A stretch of 62,311 bases of DNA, counting the filler, from Chiloscyllium plagiosum (Eukaryota): the NCBI RefSeq assembly GCF_004010195.1. It is 3 parts of one record of this genome, joined end to end, with 100 filler letters (N's around TTAATTAATTAA, not from the genome) between each part and the next. Parts side by side here need not be neighbours in the genome. Positions count along the whole stretch, not along the records: positions 1 to 23,436 come from NC_057713.1; 2 more parts are not named here. One strand, given 5' to 3'. A model generated the notes under the pieces. The model was not told the origin of the DNA. It ran no database searches and was given only the letters and a program-made list of their open reading frames with translations. This document shows, piece after piece, positions 1 to 11,900 of the stretch (position 1 is the stretch's first letter; every line of letters begins with the position of its first letter). The position numbers and the translations under genes are program-made.

Positions 1-160
1 TGTTTGTGTGTGTGTGTTTGTGTGTATGTGAGAGAGTGTGTGTGTGCGTGAGAGAGTGTGTGTGTGCGCGACAGAGTATGTGCGTGTGTGTGCGAGAGAG
101 AGAGAGAGTGTGTGTGTGTGTGTTTGTGTGTGTGTGTGAGAGAGAGAGTCTGTGTGTCTG
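1..160. repeat. (TG)n/(GA)n compound microsatellite
   Basis: Alternating tgtgtg and gagaga tracts; the 6..227 ORF is an artefact of this repeat. Confidence 0.95.
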
Positions 161-544
161 GGAGGGGAAACTAAGACCCTTAACAATCCACCTGTGCATT
201 GTCCTACCTCTGCATTCATTTCACTGAAAGCTTTGTTTTTGATTTCAATACCTTGCTCAAAACGCAGATGTATTCTTATCTGCTTGTGATGGAACAGTGG
301 AGAACAATCTGATTTCTCTTCTATCTTCTGATCTGATGTTCTACCACCCACAACACAAACTAAAAATAGAGCAGCTGATCGATCTGTTTTTGTACAATGA
401 CGTGTCAAATTACTCGATTGATACATTATTTGTGAAGCTGCACAGTATCAGACATGTACTAATAAGGCTTGTTAGCATACAATAAACCACTTCCGGCTTG
501 GAATAGCTGGGGAAAGCATTTCCCATTTGTATCGAAACTAAAAC

Positions 545-2390
545 CAATAAGACTTGAGGATTGGGAGCAGTTTAGATTTCAGCAATAGGGGCAAAGGGGT
601 TGATTAAGAAAGGGGAAAATACAGAACACGAGTAAGTTTGATTGTAATAGCTACAATAGGCAAATGAAGGGAAATCGGTTCCTCACAGTCAGAAACAAGG
701 GAAACTGAAGTGTGGAACAGAGAGATAGCACCCTGATTCAATCGACATTTTGGTTCTGTCTTCATGAAGGAGGACACAAATAATGTCTCAAAAATATTGG
801 AGAACATGGAATTAAAGTGAGTGGGAGGAAGTCAGTATTCGTAGGGAAGTGGTTTTGGGGAAGTTGATGGGATTAAATGCTTATAAAGCCTGAGGGACTA
901 ATACTATATGTTCCAGATACTTAAGGAAGTGATCCTAGAAATAGTCAATGCATTGGTTCATCTTCCAAGATTCTGCAGGCTCTAGAACAGTTCCTGCAGG
1001 CTCTAGAACATTTCCTACAGGTTGGAACTGTTTTAAAAAAGAGGTGGGAAGTGAACCATGAATTATAGACCGGTCAGCCTCTAGCCTGAGGAAACGCTAG
1101 AGCCATTACAAAAGAATTAGTAGCAGAGCATTTGGAAAACAGTGACAGGACCGGACAGAGTCAGCATGGATTTATGGACCGGACAGAGTCAGCATGGATT
1201 TATGGACCGGACAGAGCCAGCATGGATTTATGGAAGAGAAATCATGCTTAACAAATCTACGAGAGTTTTTTGAGTATGTAAGTCAGAGAGTTGATATGGG
1301 GGAGCTGGTGGATGTGGTTTGCTTGGATTTTCAGAAAGCTTTTGGTGAAGTCCCACCTAAGAGAATAGTGTGAAAAAGTAGAGTGCATGGGTTTGGGGGA
1401 ATAGTGTACTGACATGGATACAGAGTGGAGCACTCCAGAGATCAGTGCTTGGATTCCAACTATTTACAATATATTAAAGGTTTAGACATGACATCTCCAG
1501 GTTTGAGAGAACAGCAAGCTGGGTGGGAGGGTGAGCTGTGAGGAGGATGCAGTGATGTTGTAGTGTGGTTTGGATCAGTTGAGTGAGTGAGTCCATGCAC
1601 AGCAGATACAGTTTGTATGGACAATAGAGGAGTTCTCCCCCCAGCAGTAAAAACAGAAAGGTAGATTATTATTTGAATGGATTGGGAAAGGAGAGATACA
1701 AGACCTTGTGTCTTCATATTCTAGTCCCTGAAAGTAAGTGTGCAAGTGCAACAGATGGTGAAGAAGGCAAATGGTGTGTTGGCTTTCTTGCAAGCGGATT
1801 TGAGTACAGGAGCAGGGATGTGTTGTAGCAATTGCACAGGAGCCTAGGTGAGTCCACACCCGGAGTATTGTGCGCAGTTTCAGTCTCCATGTTTGAGGAA
1901 GGATGTTCGGGTGATGGAGGGAGTGGAGCGAAGATATATCAGACTGATTCCTGGGATGACAGGACTGATGTTAGGAGTTGGGATTATATTCACTGGATTT
2001 TACAAGAATGAGGGGTGAGTCTCAGAAAAATAATGAAACTCAACAGGGCTCGATTGCTTAAATGCAGGAAGGATATTTGTGATGACTGGGAGTCCAGAAC
2101 TCGAGGTTACAGTCTCAGGATAAGGTAGGCCATTTCAGACTGAGCTGTGGAGAAATGTCTTCACCCAGAGAGTAGGGAGCTTGTGGAATTCTCTACCACA
2201 GAAAGTAATTGAGGCCAAAACATTGGTTGTTTTCAGGAAGGAGTCTTGTGCTAAAGTGATTAAAGGGTATGGGGAGAAAGTGGGAACAGGGGACCGAGCT
2301 GAGCTCGATGATCAACCATGATCCTATTGAATGGTGGAGCAGACTCTAAGGGCTGAGTGGCCTCCTCCTGCTCCTTTGTTCTATGTTTTA
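545..2390 (+). mobile_element. Decayed CR1 LINE (ORF2 RT region plus 3' UTR)
   Basis: Degenerate CR1 motifs (aattatagaccggtcagcct = NYRPVS; agtcagcatggattt; ttggattttcagaaagctttt = LDFQKAF); tail gggctgagtggcctcctcctgctcct; many stops. Confidence 0.85.
1148..1234. repeat. 28-bp tandem triplication inside CR1
   Basis: ggaccggacagagtcagcatggatttat x3 (1148, 1176, 1204). Confidence 0.95.
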
Positions 2391-3244
2391 ATAAATAAAC
2401 AAATGTAAGTTTACAGTATTAGAAGAGATGAAATGAGTAGTGAAAACAATATGAGAGACCCCTGGAAATGCTCTAAGATTAAACGATTGATGCCAAATCT
2501 CTTCAACAATTTCACTGCACAGCGTTCCAGCCCTCATGTCTGGAATGTTGTTTATCTCAGTTGCCCTGTATTTTTGTTTAATGAAGATTTATCTTGAGTT
2601 CTATGATTGTAAAGAAAACATTTGTATCAGTTCTGAAACCTTAAACAGTTCATTTTTATTGTTGTCAGTCAGTTCATCGATAATATTGTATATGTTGCAA
2701 AATGGATGCTTTCCTGTTACCAAGTGCACATTATAAATGTATTGTTTCCTATTTCTATTCTGCCCATGTACTCCAACAAGACTACAATTTATACACAACA
2801 ATTTGTGATGTTCCGTCAGCTCAGAATCAATCTTCACTTGGCAGCTCGGTCTGGCATTAAAATGATGTCTTATAAACACCACTGAAAGAGTAAATTCAAA
2901 GAAACAAGTTGGAACTTGGGACAAAGGCCAGATTGCATGTTACGAACATACGGAAAAGCAATTTCTTCATGTTTGTCCTCAGTTATATGATGGTTGCTAA
3001 TCATTCCTCTCCACAAATCTCCAACACTCAAAGTCTTTCCAGAATATCCTACAGGGGCCAATAGAAAATGTACAAACTGTAAAAACTACCTTAGCCCTAA
3101 TCGACATGGAACCCATGCTGTCTGAGCTCAGCACATCTGAGCTAACTGGCCTTATTCTGTTCCTTCAATTCCATTTAAGTTGGCTACCATAGATAACTAA
3201 ACATATGCAAACTATTTCAGAGGTACAATTTCTTCATGACCATC

Positions 3245-4310
3245 AACAACAGTAGACTTTACCAATATGGACATTCAATAAGATTCTGTCTGATAAACTG
3301 GTTAGCAAGGTTAGATCATATAGAATCAAGGGGGAGCTAGCCAACTGAAGGTAACAGACAGAGAGTGGTGATCCAAGATTGTGTTTTGTTTTGGAGGCCT
3401 GTGACCAGTGGAGTGCCACAAGGATCAATGCTTGGTCCTCTATGCTTTCTCATTTATAAAAATGATTTGGATGTGACTATAGGATGCATTGTTAGTAAAT
3501 TTGCAGATGACACCAAAATAAGTTTATCTCAGAGTACAAAAGGAGCTTGATCAGGTGGGCCAATGGGCCAAGGAGTGGCAGATGGAGTTTAATTTAGATA
3601 AATATGAGGTGTTGCATTTTGGTAGGGCAAATCAGGGCAGGATTTATAGAATAAATGGTCAGGCCCTGGGATGTGATGCTGAATGTGGTGCATTGTTTCT
3701 CAAAAGTGGAATCACAGGACGATGAAGAACACGTTGAGCATATTTGCCTTCATTGGTGAGAACATTGAGTGTCAGAGTTGGGATCTCACCTGGGGCTGGG
3801 CAGGACATTGGTGAGACCATTTCTAGAATATTGTATATAATTCTGGTCACCCTTCTAAAGGAAGGATATTGTGAAACTTGAGATGGTGCAGAACAAGAGG
3901 ATTTACCAGGATGTTGTCAGGACATGAAGGTTTGGGATAAAAGGTTCAATAAGCTGGGACTTCTTTTCCTGGAGCATTGGAGGCTGAGAGGTGACCTTCT
4001 AGAGGTTTATAACATCATTACAGCATAGATGAGGTGAATAGCAAAGGTTTTCTTTCCCTGGGGTTGGGGAATTTAGAACTAGGGGGCATATTATTCAGGT
4101 GAGAGGAGGAAGATTTAAAAAGGACATGAAGGTCAATCCTTTTTACATAGAGGGTGGTTTATGTGTGGAATGAATTGCCAGAGGTTGTGGTAGATGCAAG
4201 TACAGTTACAACATTTGAAAGACATGTAATAAATAGGAAAGATTTGAAGAGGTGTGGGCCAAACACAGGTAAGAGGAATCAGTTTAGGATGGGAACCTTG
4301 CACTGGAGAG
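3245..4310 (+). mobile_element. Decayed CR1 LINE, RT C-terminal half
   Basis: ORF 3365..3550 [16 protein letters not shown]...SKFADDTKI is the canonical CR1 RT motif set. Confidence 0.9.
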
Positions 4311-4367
4311 CCTAGTGTGTTGCCAACACTTAAGAATATTCTAACTTGTGAAGATAATACCTATTTT

Positions 4368-4490
4368 AGGGGTTCTTGTAGTGCAATGGTAGTGTCTTTA
4401 CATCTAAGCCAGAAGGCTTAGATGTGAGTTCAAGTCCCAACTTGGTCTAGAAGTTTATAATGACATCTCTGAACAGGTTGAGTAGAAACT
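4368..4490 (+). mobile_element. tRNA-derived SINE head
   Basis: A-box-like tagtgcaatggt and B-box gagttcaagtccc. Confidence 0.6.
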
Positions 4491-5474
4491 ATTGTGATGA
4501 GACACATGCACACTTCTGTAAGTCAAGAGCATGCACTCATGAAGACAAAAATTTCCATCAATATATTTCCACTCAGTCAGTTTATCCATTAAGTACGTGT
4601 ATACGTGTATGAAGATTAGTCAATGCCAAACCACTCAACGTTTTCAATGTGATCACTTGAAGCTCTGGTAACATTACATGTGGTAGGAGCATGAATGTAA
4701 AAATATATACAGACATTTCTGAGGTCATTATGACTTGGCCAGCTGCCTCCAGACGTTGATTTAAATTTCCTGCAAAACAAACTACACAAAACCAGAAACC
4801 AGGCAGGCACAGGATTCATCTGAACACTTTATCAGATACTTCATAGTAAGTAAGAAACTGACCTTTCAATGGAAATACTCAGATCAGGAAGCTACGCACT
4901 TGCCCTCTCTCCCACAGCCCTCTGACCATCTCGTGTAACTGGCATCAAGACAATTCCCAATGGCCCCAGCAGGCCCAGGGACAACAGCACCTGCCCTGTT
5001 TGTTAATCAGAAAGACTCAGAATTGAGGGAGTATGAAATATCTGCAGAAGTCTGATTTAAGAAGACATCCTTGTGATATTTAGATTACCTATTGGGAGCT
5101 TGAGGTACTGGAAGAAAACCAACCACATGAGACAGTTACTTCACTTTCAACATAAACGAGATCAAAGTTCTGTGTGTGAGAGTCACCACAAATCTCCTCT
5201 TTTACTCAGGCAAGTACAAATGTAGGTTACCAACAAGACTCGGATTCCCAGAGCATTCCAACATGAAATCTATGAACCATTTCTTATACCCCAAAAGGAG
5301 GAGGGTAGCTATTCCCTAGAAACACCATCCCAAGATGAACACAACTCCTAAACTCCCTTACATTACTTACAAAGGTATTCCTCTCATTCTCGCGTACACC
5401 AATGTAAATTATGCCTCTAATGCCCTACTCAGGCAGCCATCTTATTTTGAGAATGATATAATAATATAATCTTG

Positions 5475-5800
5475 GTAGGTCTTTGATAAACCTTTCCTCG
5501 TGGAACTTGAGGAACAAGACAATAGCATATAACCTTAAAATTAGATCGAGACCAGGAGCAAAATTTGGAGGGATTCCTTCATAGAAAAGATGTTAGAAAC
5601 CTAAACTTCTTTCAACATGCTGGGGTGCAGGGGGCAACTAGAATCTTTAAAACTGGAATAGATTTTTGTTTGTAAAGGGATGTTAGCAAAGACAAGAAAA
5701 TGGAATGAGGTGCAGATCAGTTACATTGTAATTAAATAGGGAAGCGTATTAAAGAGAGACTGAGTGACCTCCTCCTGTGTTAATGTTCTTGTATTCCTAA
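5475..5800 (+). mobile_element. Old CR1 3' end
   Basis: Degenerate CR1 3' UTR (gactgagtgacctcctcctgt...ttcttgtattcct). Confidence 0.55.
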
Positions 5801-7254
5801 CATTAAGGTGAAACAAAAATGCAATGTGGAGGGAACAACGAGTGATCCTATAGTGGGGCCACCCATTTTCTGCAATTTATGTTCTCTTTCTGCATCTCTG
5901 GGTTTGTGGAGGTGTGCAAAATACCTTGGGAATTCTACATTCTATATTTTTATTGTATTTCTCTTTATTTGTAGATCTACTGGCAAATAATTTCTATTGT
6001 TGTTTGTTAATTAAATGTTTTCCTACCAAGAGAACATTATTTTCCTTTTGGGAAATGACATTTGTTCTTGGAATTGAGAGATCTTTGAGAATGATTCAGT
6101 GCTTGAAATGGAGTCCCTGTGGATGTGGCAGTGTTTGTAGGAGGAATGCAACATTTGGTGAGTAACCTCTGACAGAAATGCCTGAAAACTGCCAAATGTC
6201 TGGGAATACGTTACAGAAGTGTTAGACCCCTGTAGCCAAGTTGGTAGAATATTCATCACTGACGGTTTGCTGGCCGCAGTCTTCTGTCTGCCTTCCTCAA
6301 AGCCTTTCCAAGTCTGAGGCATCAGGCAGCTCAGACAATATCTTGATCTACTCCCACCCTTCCATCCCCCTCCACCTCGTAGGCACCTGTTCGTATACCT
6401 GGCCCTGGAACTGCTGGCAGTCTGTGTTGTGTTGGTCAGTAATCTTAATCATTCAAGCCAATGGACAACCACACCAAACAACAGAATAACTGGTGCCCGT
6501 TGCACAGCCCCTTGGTTTTCTGGTCAGCCTACATTCTACAAAGACTGACCCTTTTGTTATCCTAAGGCCTTCAGGAGCCAGGGTCTGATAACCTCAGGAT
6601 GATTGGACATGTGTAGGGAGGTTCCAAATTTTCTTGAAGTGAACCAAAGCTGGAAAACATTGTAATTAGTTTTGGTAGAATGTGTTTGAACTGTCACAAG
6701 ATCCATGCATTCAGAATGACGATGCAATACATTACAAAATAAATGGCTTTGTCTCTCTGGTTGTAGTTGAAATGTAAGAGAGATTTACATCATTTACATC
6801 ATGGTGACTAATTCTGGAGGAAGAAACATGGAACATTTTACCATGCGGGATATTGCCAAAATCTTGGGACTGGGATGAGAAAGTGCTGATAGGAGGAGAG
6901 GGTGCTGGCCAGACCTTGAGATCAGGGTTGAGGGGTAAATTCTATTATGCACAGGGAGGGAAGGGGAAGGAAGAGGGTCTGTTGGTCAGATCAATAGAGA
7001 GCGCGTAGGAAAGTTTTGGCAAGGCTTTAGGAGCTGGCATGGTTGGTAGTGCAGAGGTCTCTATAATGGCTGATGAGTTGTCCTGGCAAGGCTGTGAGAC
7101 CTAGGGTTGTGGAGCGATCTTTGGTCCATGCATGTGACCATCATCGTAATCCACTCTGACTCAGCTCCAACTCCATTCCTTGGACCGTACAGTCACAAAC
7201 CCAAACCATCAACCTTCCAAGTTGAATATATGTACAGAAACTCATCCTGCACTG

Positions 7255-7680
7255 TAGAAATCTGAAGTAGACAGGCAGGAGGCTGGGAGAATACAGCAAG
7301 GCAGGCAGCATCAGGTGGGACAGGCAGGAGGCTGGGGGAACACAGCAAGGCAGGCAGCATCAGGAGAAACAGGCAGGAGGCTGGGAAAACACAGCAAGGC
7401 AGACAGCATCAGGAGGGACAGGCAGGAGGCTGGGAGAACACAGCAAGGCAGGCAGCATCAGGAGGGACAGGCAGGAGGCGGATAGTTGTAAGGAGAGCCA
7501 CACGTAAAGAGGGTGGCGGGGTCAGGGTGGTGAAGTGGGAATGGATGAAGACAGGTAGAGGGTACGACCTGGTTAGTCAATGGGAGGAAGGAATCCGGTT
7601 GGTGGCTGGGAGGGGTGGAGGGAGGGGGAGGGGCTGGGAAGGGAATTGGGGGATGGGAAAGGGGGTTATTTGTCTGGTTG
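7255..7680 (-). mobile_element. Penelope-like 3' region with tandemly amplified tail segment
   Basis: aacacagcaaggcaggcagcatc matches the reverse PLE tail motif; followed by a purine-rich tract like that at 17920-18120. Confidence 0.6.
7270..7480. repeat. 49-bp minisatellite (~4.3 copies)
   Basis: gacaggcaggaggctgggagaacacagcaaggcaggcagcatcaggagg units at 7270, 7319, 7368, 7417, 7466. Confidence 0.95.
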
Positions 7681-8849
7681 GTGGCAGGAAATCTGGGCAA
7701 GATTTTGACCATGTTGGTCTGACCTGGAATGTAGGAGATCAAGCAACATTATGGATAGGCCCATATGATACTGTCTCTATATCCATGTGTAAATCCAACT
7801 CATTTGTTCGGAGATTGATGCAGGCTAGCATGGAACAGATAGATAAGGCCCAAGTGGTGTCCTAGCTCAGTCAAACTAGTGACTTGACCCACCAAACAAT
7901 GTTAAGAATCAATGCCTGTAGCACACTGTAATCCAAGGCCATTCTGCATTGTTTTAACCTTTAATCTGCTCCTAGTATATATGTAGCAATACAACTAAAA
8001 TCAAATGTGTTTTCTGCAATTTCTCTGCAAGTTACATACAGATCCGATGAAATATAAATATTTCCAACAGCAAGCTAAAAAAACTAGAGATTTCTTTTCT
8101 ATTCTGCTACCTTTGTTTAAATTTTAAAGAAAATATATTCAAGCAAACAGGTTATCAAGCAAGTGTTTAGTGCGCACAGTAAAGCCATGATGTGAATGCA
8201 AATCATGTCAGCGATGGATTCAATAAATATACACATTCCTTCTCTGAGTCATTTCTTGCATATTTTAACTTCACAAACAACATCAATTCCTCTCTTATCC
8301 CCATTGCAATTTGAAACCATTCCAAGATATTTAAATCACCAGGTCACCAATTTATGATGGGCTATTTTGGCTTTCAATTAAATTGATTTTTTTTGCAAAT
8401 CCACTTTCATTGAATCATGTTAATGTTTGCTATTTATATGGAAATGACAATAGAGTGTAATTTTTAATCCAGCAACACAGTGTATAAGGGAAATATATAT
8501 TTTAAATATCTACTGATTTGAACAGATACATTGATAAATGTTTTAAATACAATATAAATAGATTCTTAATACATATAAATGATAACCATGTCCAATATCT
8601 TTGTTAGTTATGATGCCAGCATTGCTACAATCACATCCCCTTCCATACATTTCTCAGTATTCCATCCATATTGGTCCCGAAAAGCGGAGACAGGATAAGT
8701 GTTCTGGATTAGCATATCAGTTTTGGTGGAGACAAAGGCATCATTTGGTTCATTATCACTTTGATGGTATTGCTATTAAAAAGACAAATTCTGAAACCGT
8801 GCAGTGGTGCAGTATTTCTTTTACTTTGAGCTGAAATGTTCCTGGTCGT

Positions 8850-9650
8850 TACAGAGTCATTGAGATGTACAGCAGGGAAATAGACCCTTCGGTCCAACCT
8901 GTCCATGCCGACCAGATATCCCAACCCAACCTAGTCCCACCTGCCAGCACCCGGCCCATATCCCTCCAAAACCCTTCCCATTCAAATACCCATCCAAATG
9001 CCTCCACCATATCCTCTAGCAGCTCATTCCATACACGTACCACCCTCTGCGTGAAAAAGTTCTCCCTTAGGTCTTTTTTATATCTTTCCCCTCTCACCCT
9101 AAACCTATGCCCTCTAGTCCTGGACTCCCCGACCCCAGGGAAAAGACTTTGTCGATTTATCCTATCCATGCCCCTCATAATTTTCTAAACCTCTATAAAG
9201 TCACCCCTCAGCCTCCGACGCTCCAGGGGCAACAGTCCCAGCCTGTTGAGCCTCTCCCTGTAGCTCAGATCCTCCAACCCTGGCAACATCCTTATAAATC
9301 TTTTCTGAACCCTTTCAAGTTTTGCAACATTTTTCCAATAGGAAGGAGACCAGAATTGCACGCAGTATTCCAACAATGTCCTGTACAGCCGCAACATGAC
9401 CTCCCAACTCCTGTACTCAATATTCTGACCAATTAAGGAAAGCATACCAAACGCCACCTTCACTATCCTATCTATCTATGACTCCACTTTCAAGAAGCTA
9501 TGAACCTGCACTCCAAGGTCTCTTTGTTCCGCAACACTCCCTAGGACCTTACCATTAAGTGCATAAGTCCTGCTAAGATTTGCTTTCCCAAAATGCAGCA
9601 CCTCGCATTTATCTGAATTAAATTCCATCTGCCACTTCTCAGCCCATTGT
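8850..9650 (-). mobile_element. Young 5'-truncated CR1 LINE
   Basis: ORFs 9185..9463 and 8849..9178 (LEYCVQFWSP, LERVQKRFIRMLPGL, RTRGH, FFTQRVV); near-identical to copies at 52.3, 53.9 and 59.7 kb. Confidence 0.95.
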
Positions 9651-9819
9651 TATGTATGGCCATCATGACTGTGGTGCCCTGAGAATGTCCAGGGAATTTC
9701 TCTGTCAGGTTAAACCGAACCTGACTGCTTTTGGAAGACCCACATCCAAGACTCTGCCTGACACCAGAAGGGGAGGAGGGGTGCAGGACAATGGCACTGT
9801 CACCTAGGCCAGGGAATAA

Positions 9820-10025
9820 TATCAAACATCATACCATCCTCGGTTATAGTCCAACAGGTTTATTTGAAATGTCAAGTTTTCGGAGCGACTTTTGGTTGGC
9901 ATGGATGAGTTGGGCCAAAGGGTCTGTTTTCGTGTTGTACGTCTCTGTAGCTCTATGACTATATCCCGGTGTCGTGTGACTTTTGACTTTGTCCACCCCA
10001 GTCCAAGACTGGCACCTCTACATCA
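9820..10025. mobile_element. Interrupted inverted copy of hammerhead family B tail with a CR1 3' end inside
   Basis: ggttatagtccaacaggtttatttgaa...ttcggagcgac is the reverse of ~57056-57108; ggtgtcgtgtgac...caccccagtccaa matches ~57105-57150 forward. Confidence 0.65.
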
Positions 10026-10299
10026 GGCCAGGGAATGGTTGCTTCCTGAGAGATCCCATGTGAACTGTCACAAGGGAAAGCAAATTGATGGCACTGATTG
10101 CACTTTCTGAGTGGCTTTTAAGTTGTTAAAAGCCGTGATAGTCTCAGTCATGCTTAGCAATGTTCTTAACATAGAGAAACATACAGGACTGCCTTCTGCC
10201 CACATCAAAGTTTTGCTAATTTCTTTTTGTAACAAAGGACATTCAAATCGTTACTGTTAACTTAAAATCTTCAAATTGTTCTTGAGGTATTATTCATCT

Positions 10300-11090
10300 C
10301 AGGAACATACGAACAGGAGGAGATCATTCATCCCTCAAATCTGTTCTGCCATTCAATGAGATCATGGCTTATCGATGGTCTCACTCCATATATCTTTGAC
10401 CCATATCCCTTAATACCTTTGCTTAACAAAAATTGATCTATCTCAGATTTAAAATTTAACAACTGATCCAGAGAGTTCCAAACCTCTCCCATCCATTGTG
10501 AGTAGAAGTGTTTCTGAATATCTCTCCTGAACGGCCTGGCCCCAATCCTCGTACAATGCTGCTCGTCCTGGAATCCCAACCAGTGGAAATAGTTTATCTT
10601 TGTCTACCCTGTCCTTTCCTGTTAATATCCTGAAGACTTTGTTCAGACCATCCCTTAACCATCTAAATTCGATAGAAAACAGACCTAATCTGTATAATCT
10701 CTCCTCATAATGTAACCCCTGAAGTCAGGGTATCACTCTTATGAACCTACATTGTACTCCCTCCGAGGCCAATCTATCCTTCCTCAGGTTCAGTGCCCAG
10801 ATCTGCTCCGAATGGGGTCCAGCCTTTGTTTTGTATAACTGCAGCATAATGCCTGGACCTCTGTACTTCAGCTCTCGTGATATATGCTTTCCTAATTATT
10901 TTTTGCACCTGTTCATGACAATTTAAAGACCTATCACCTGAAACCCCCAAATCTCGTTGGACATCCACTGTTTAACTTCAAACCATCTAGAAAGTACTCT
11001 GATCTATTGTTTCGTTTCAAAACAGAAAACCTCGCAGTTGCTTACATTGAGTTCCACCTGCCACAGTTTTGCCCATTAATCTCGTCTATC
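10300..11090 (-). mobile_element. Decayed CR1 LINE 3' part
   Basis: ORFs 10328..10579 and 10774..10968 (QRDLGV, FYSQW.GEVWNSL, FKSEIDQFL). Confidence 0.85.
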
Positions 11091-11094
11091 AACA

Positions 11095-11195
11095 ACAAAG
11101 GCACAAATGGCTGCAGAAACTCAGCACATCTGGCAGAATCCATGGTGAGAGAGCAGAGATAACATTTCGGGTGCAGTGACCCTTCATTAGAACCC
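11095..11195 (-). mobile_element. PLE family C tail (degenerate hammerhead)
   Basis: Reverse reads gttctaatgaagggtcactgcacccgaaatgttatct. Confidence 0.7.
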
Positions 11196-11385
11196 TTGAG
11201 CAGGCTGCCTTGTCCTGGTTGGTGTCAAATGTCTTGAGAGTTGTTGGGGCTGCCCCTTTCCAGGGCAAGTGGGGAGTATTCCCTCACACTCCTGAGCTGT
11301 GCCTTGTAGATGGTGGGGAGGCTCTGGGGAGCCAGGAGGGGAGTTACTTGCCACAGGATTCCCAGCCTCTGACCTGCTCCTGTAA
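11195..11385 (-). mobile_element. L2/CR1-group LINE ORF2 fragment
   Basis: Reverse translation resembles YKAQ.RSV.EYSPLA...AAPTTLK..DT.QDKAA. Confidence 0.6.
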
Positions 11386-11449
11386 TCTTGCTTCCCTCTC
11401 TGTCCTGTTACTTGATTTTGAAATCGTATCAATTTCCCTGGAGCCCTCC

Positions 11450-11900
11450 TCCATATTTACTTTGTGACCAATCCATTTAGCCTTTCCTCTTGCACACTAA
11501 TCCCAGATTGATTCAGGGGGAGCCTGTCCCAATTCCTTCCTGTCTCAATACTGATGCCAGTGTTCCATGAAATTGTTCCCTCTTTCCTGCATGAATTCTT
11601 TAGCCACCTGTTTAATTGATTGATTTTCTTATCTCTGTGCCAATTTGCACATGGTTTGGGTAATAATCCAGAGATAATAACCCAAGAGGTCCAGTTCTTC
11701 AATTTTGTTCCTCATTCCTGATATTTCCGAATCTGGACCTCTTGCCTACTCTTGCCAATGTTGTCGGTGCCAACATGAACACCATCAACTGGATCCTCCC
11801 CTCCACCTTTCCAATGTCTTTTCAAACTGGTTCGAGATGTTCCTTACCTTGGCACCAGGTAGGCACATACCATGTGGGGCTCCTGACCCTTCTAGAAAGA
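11450..11900 (-). mobile_element. CR1 ORF1 (SGNH-esterase-like) remnant
   Basis: ORF 11457..11702 VIISGLLPKP..NW.R.KKINQLNRWLK..C..EG...WDRL.LN..G. Confidence 0.8.

Noticed and set aside
2601..2924. Calling this ORF IL-33/IL-18
   Set aside because: Only a short LFKxSE resemblance; strand spacing is too long and no upstream exons fit, so no gene symbol was given.
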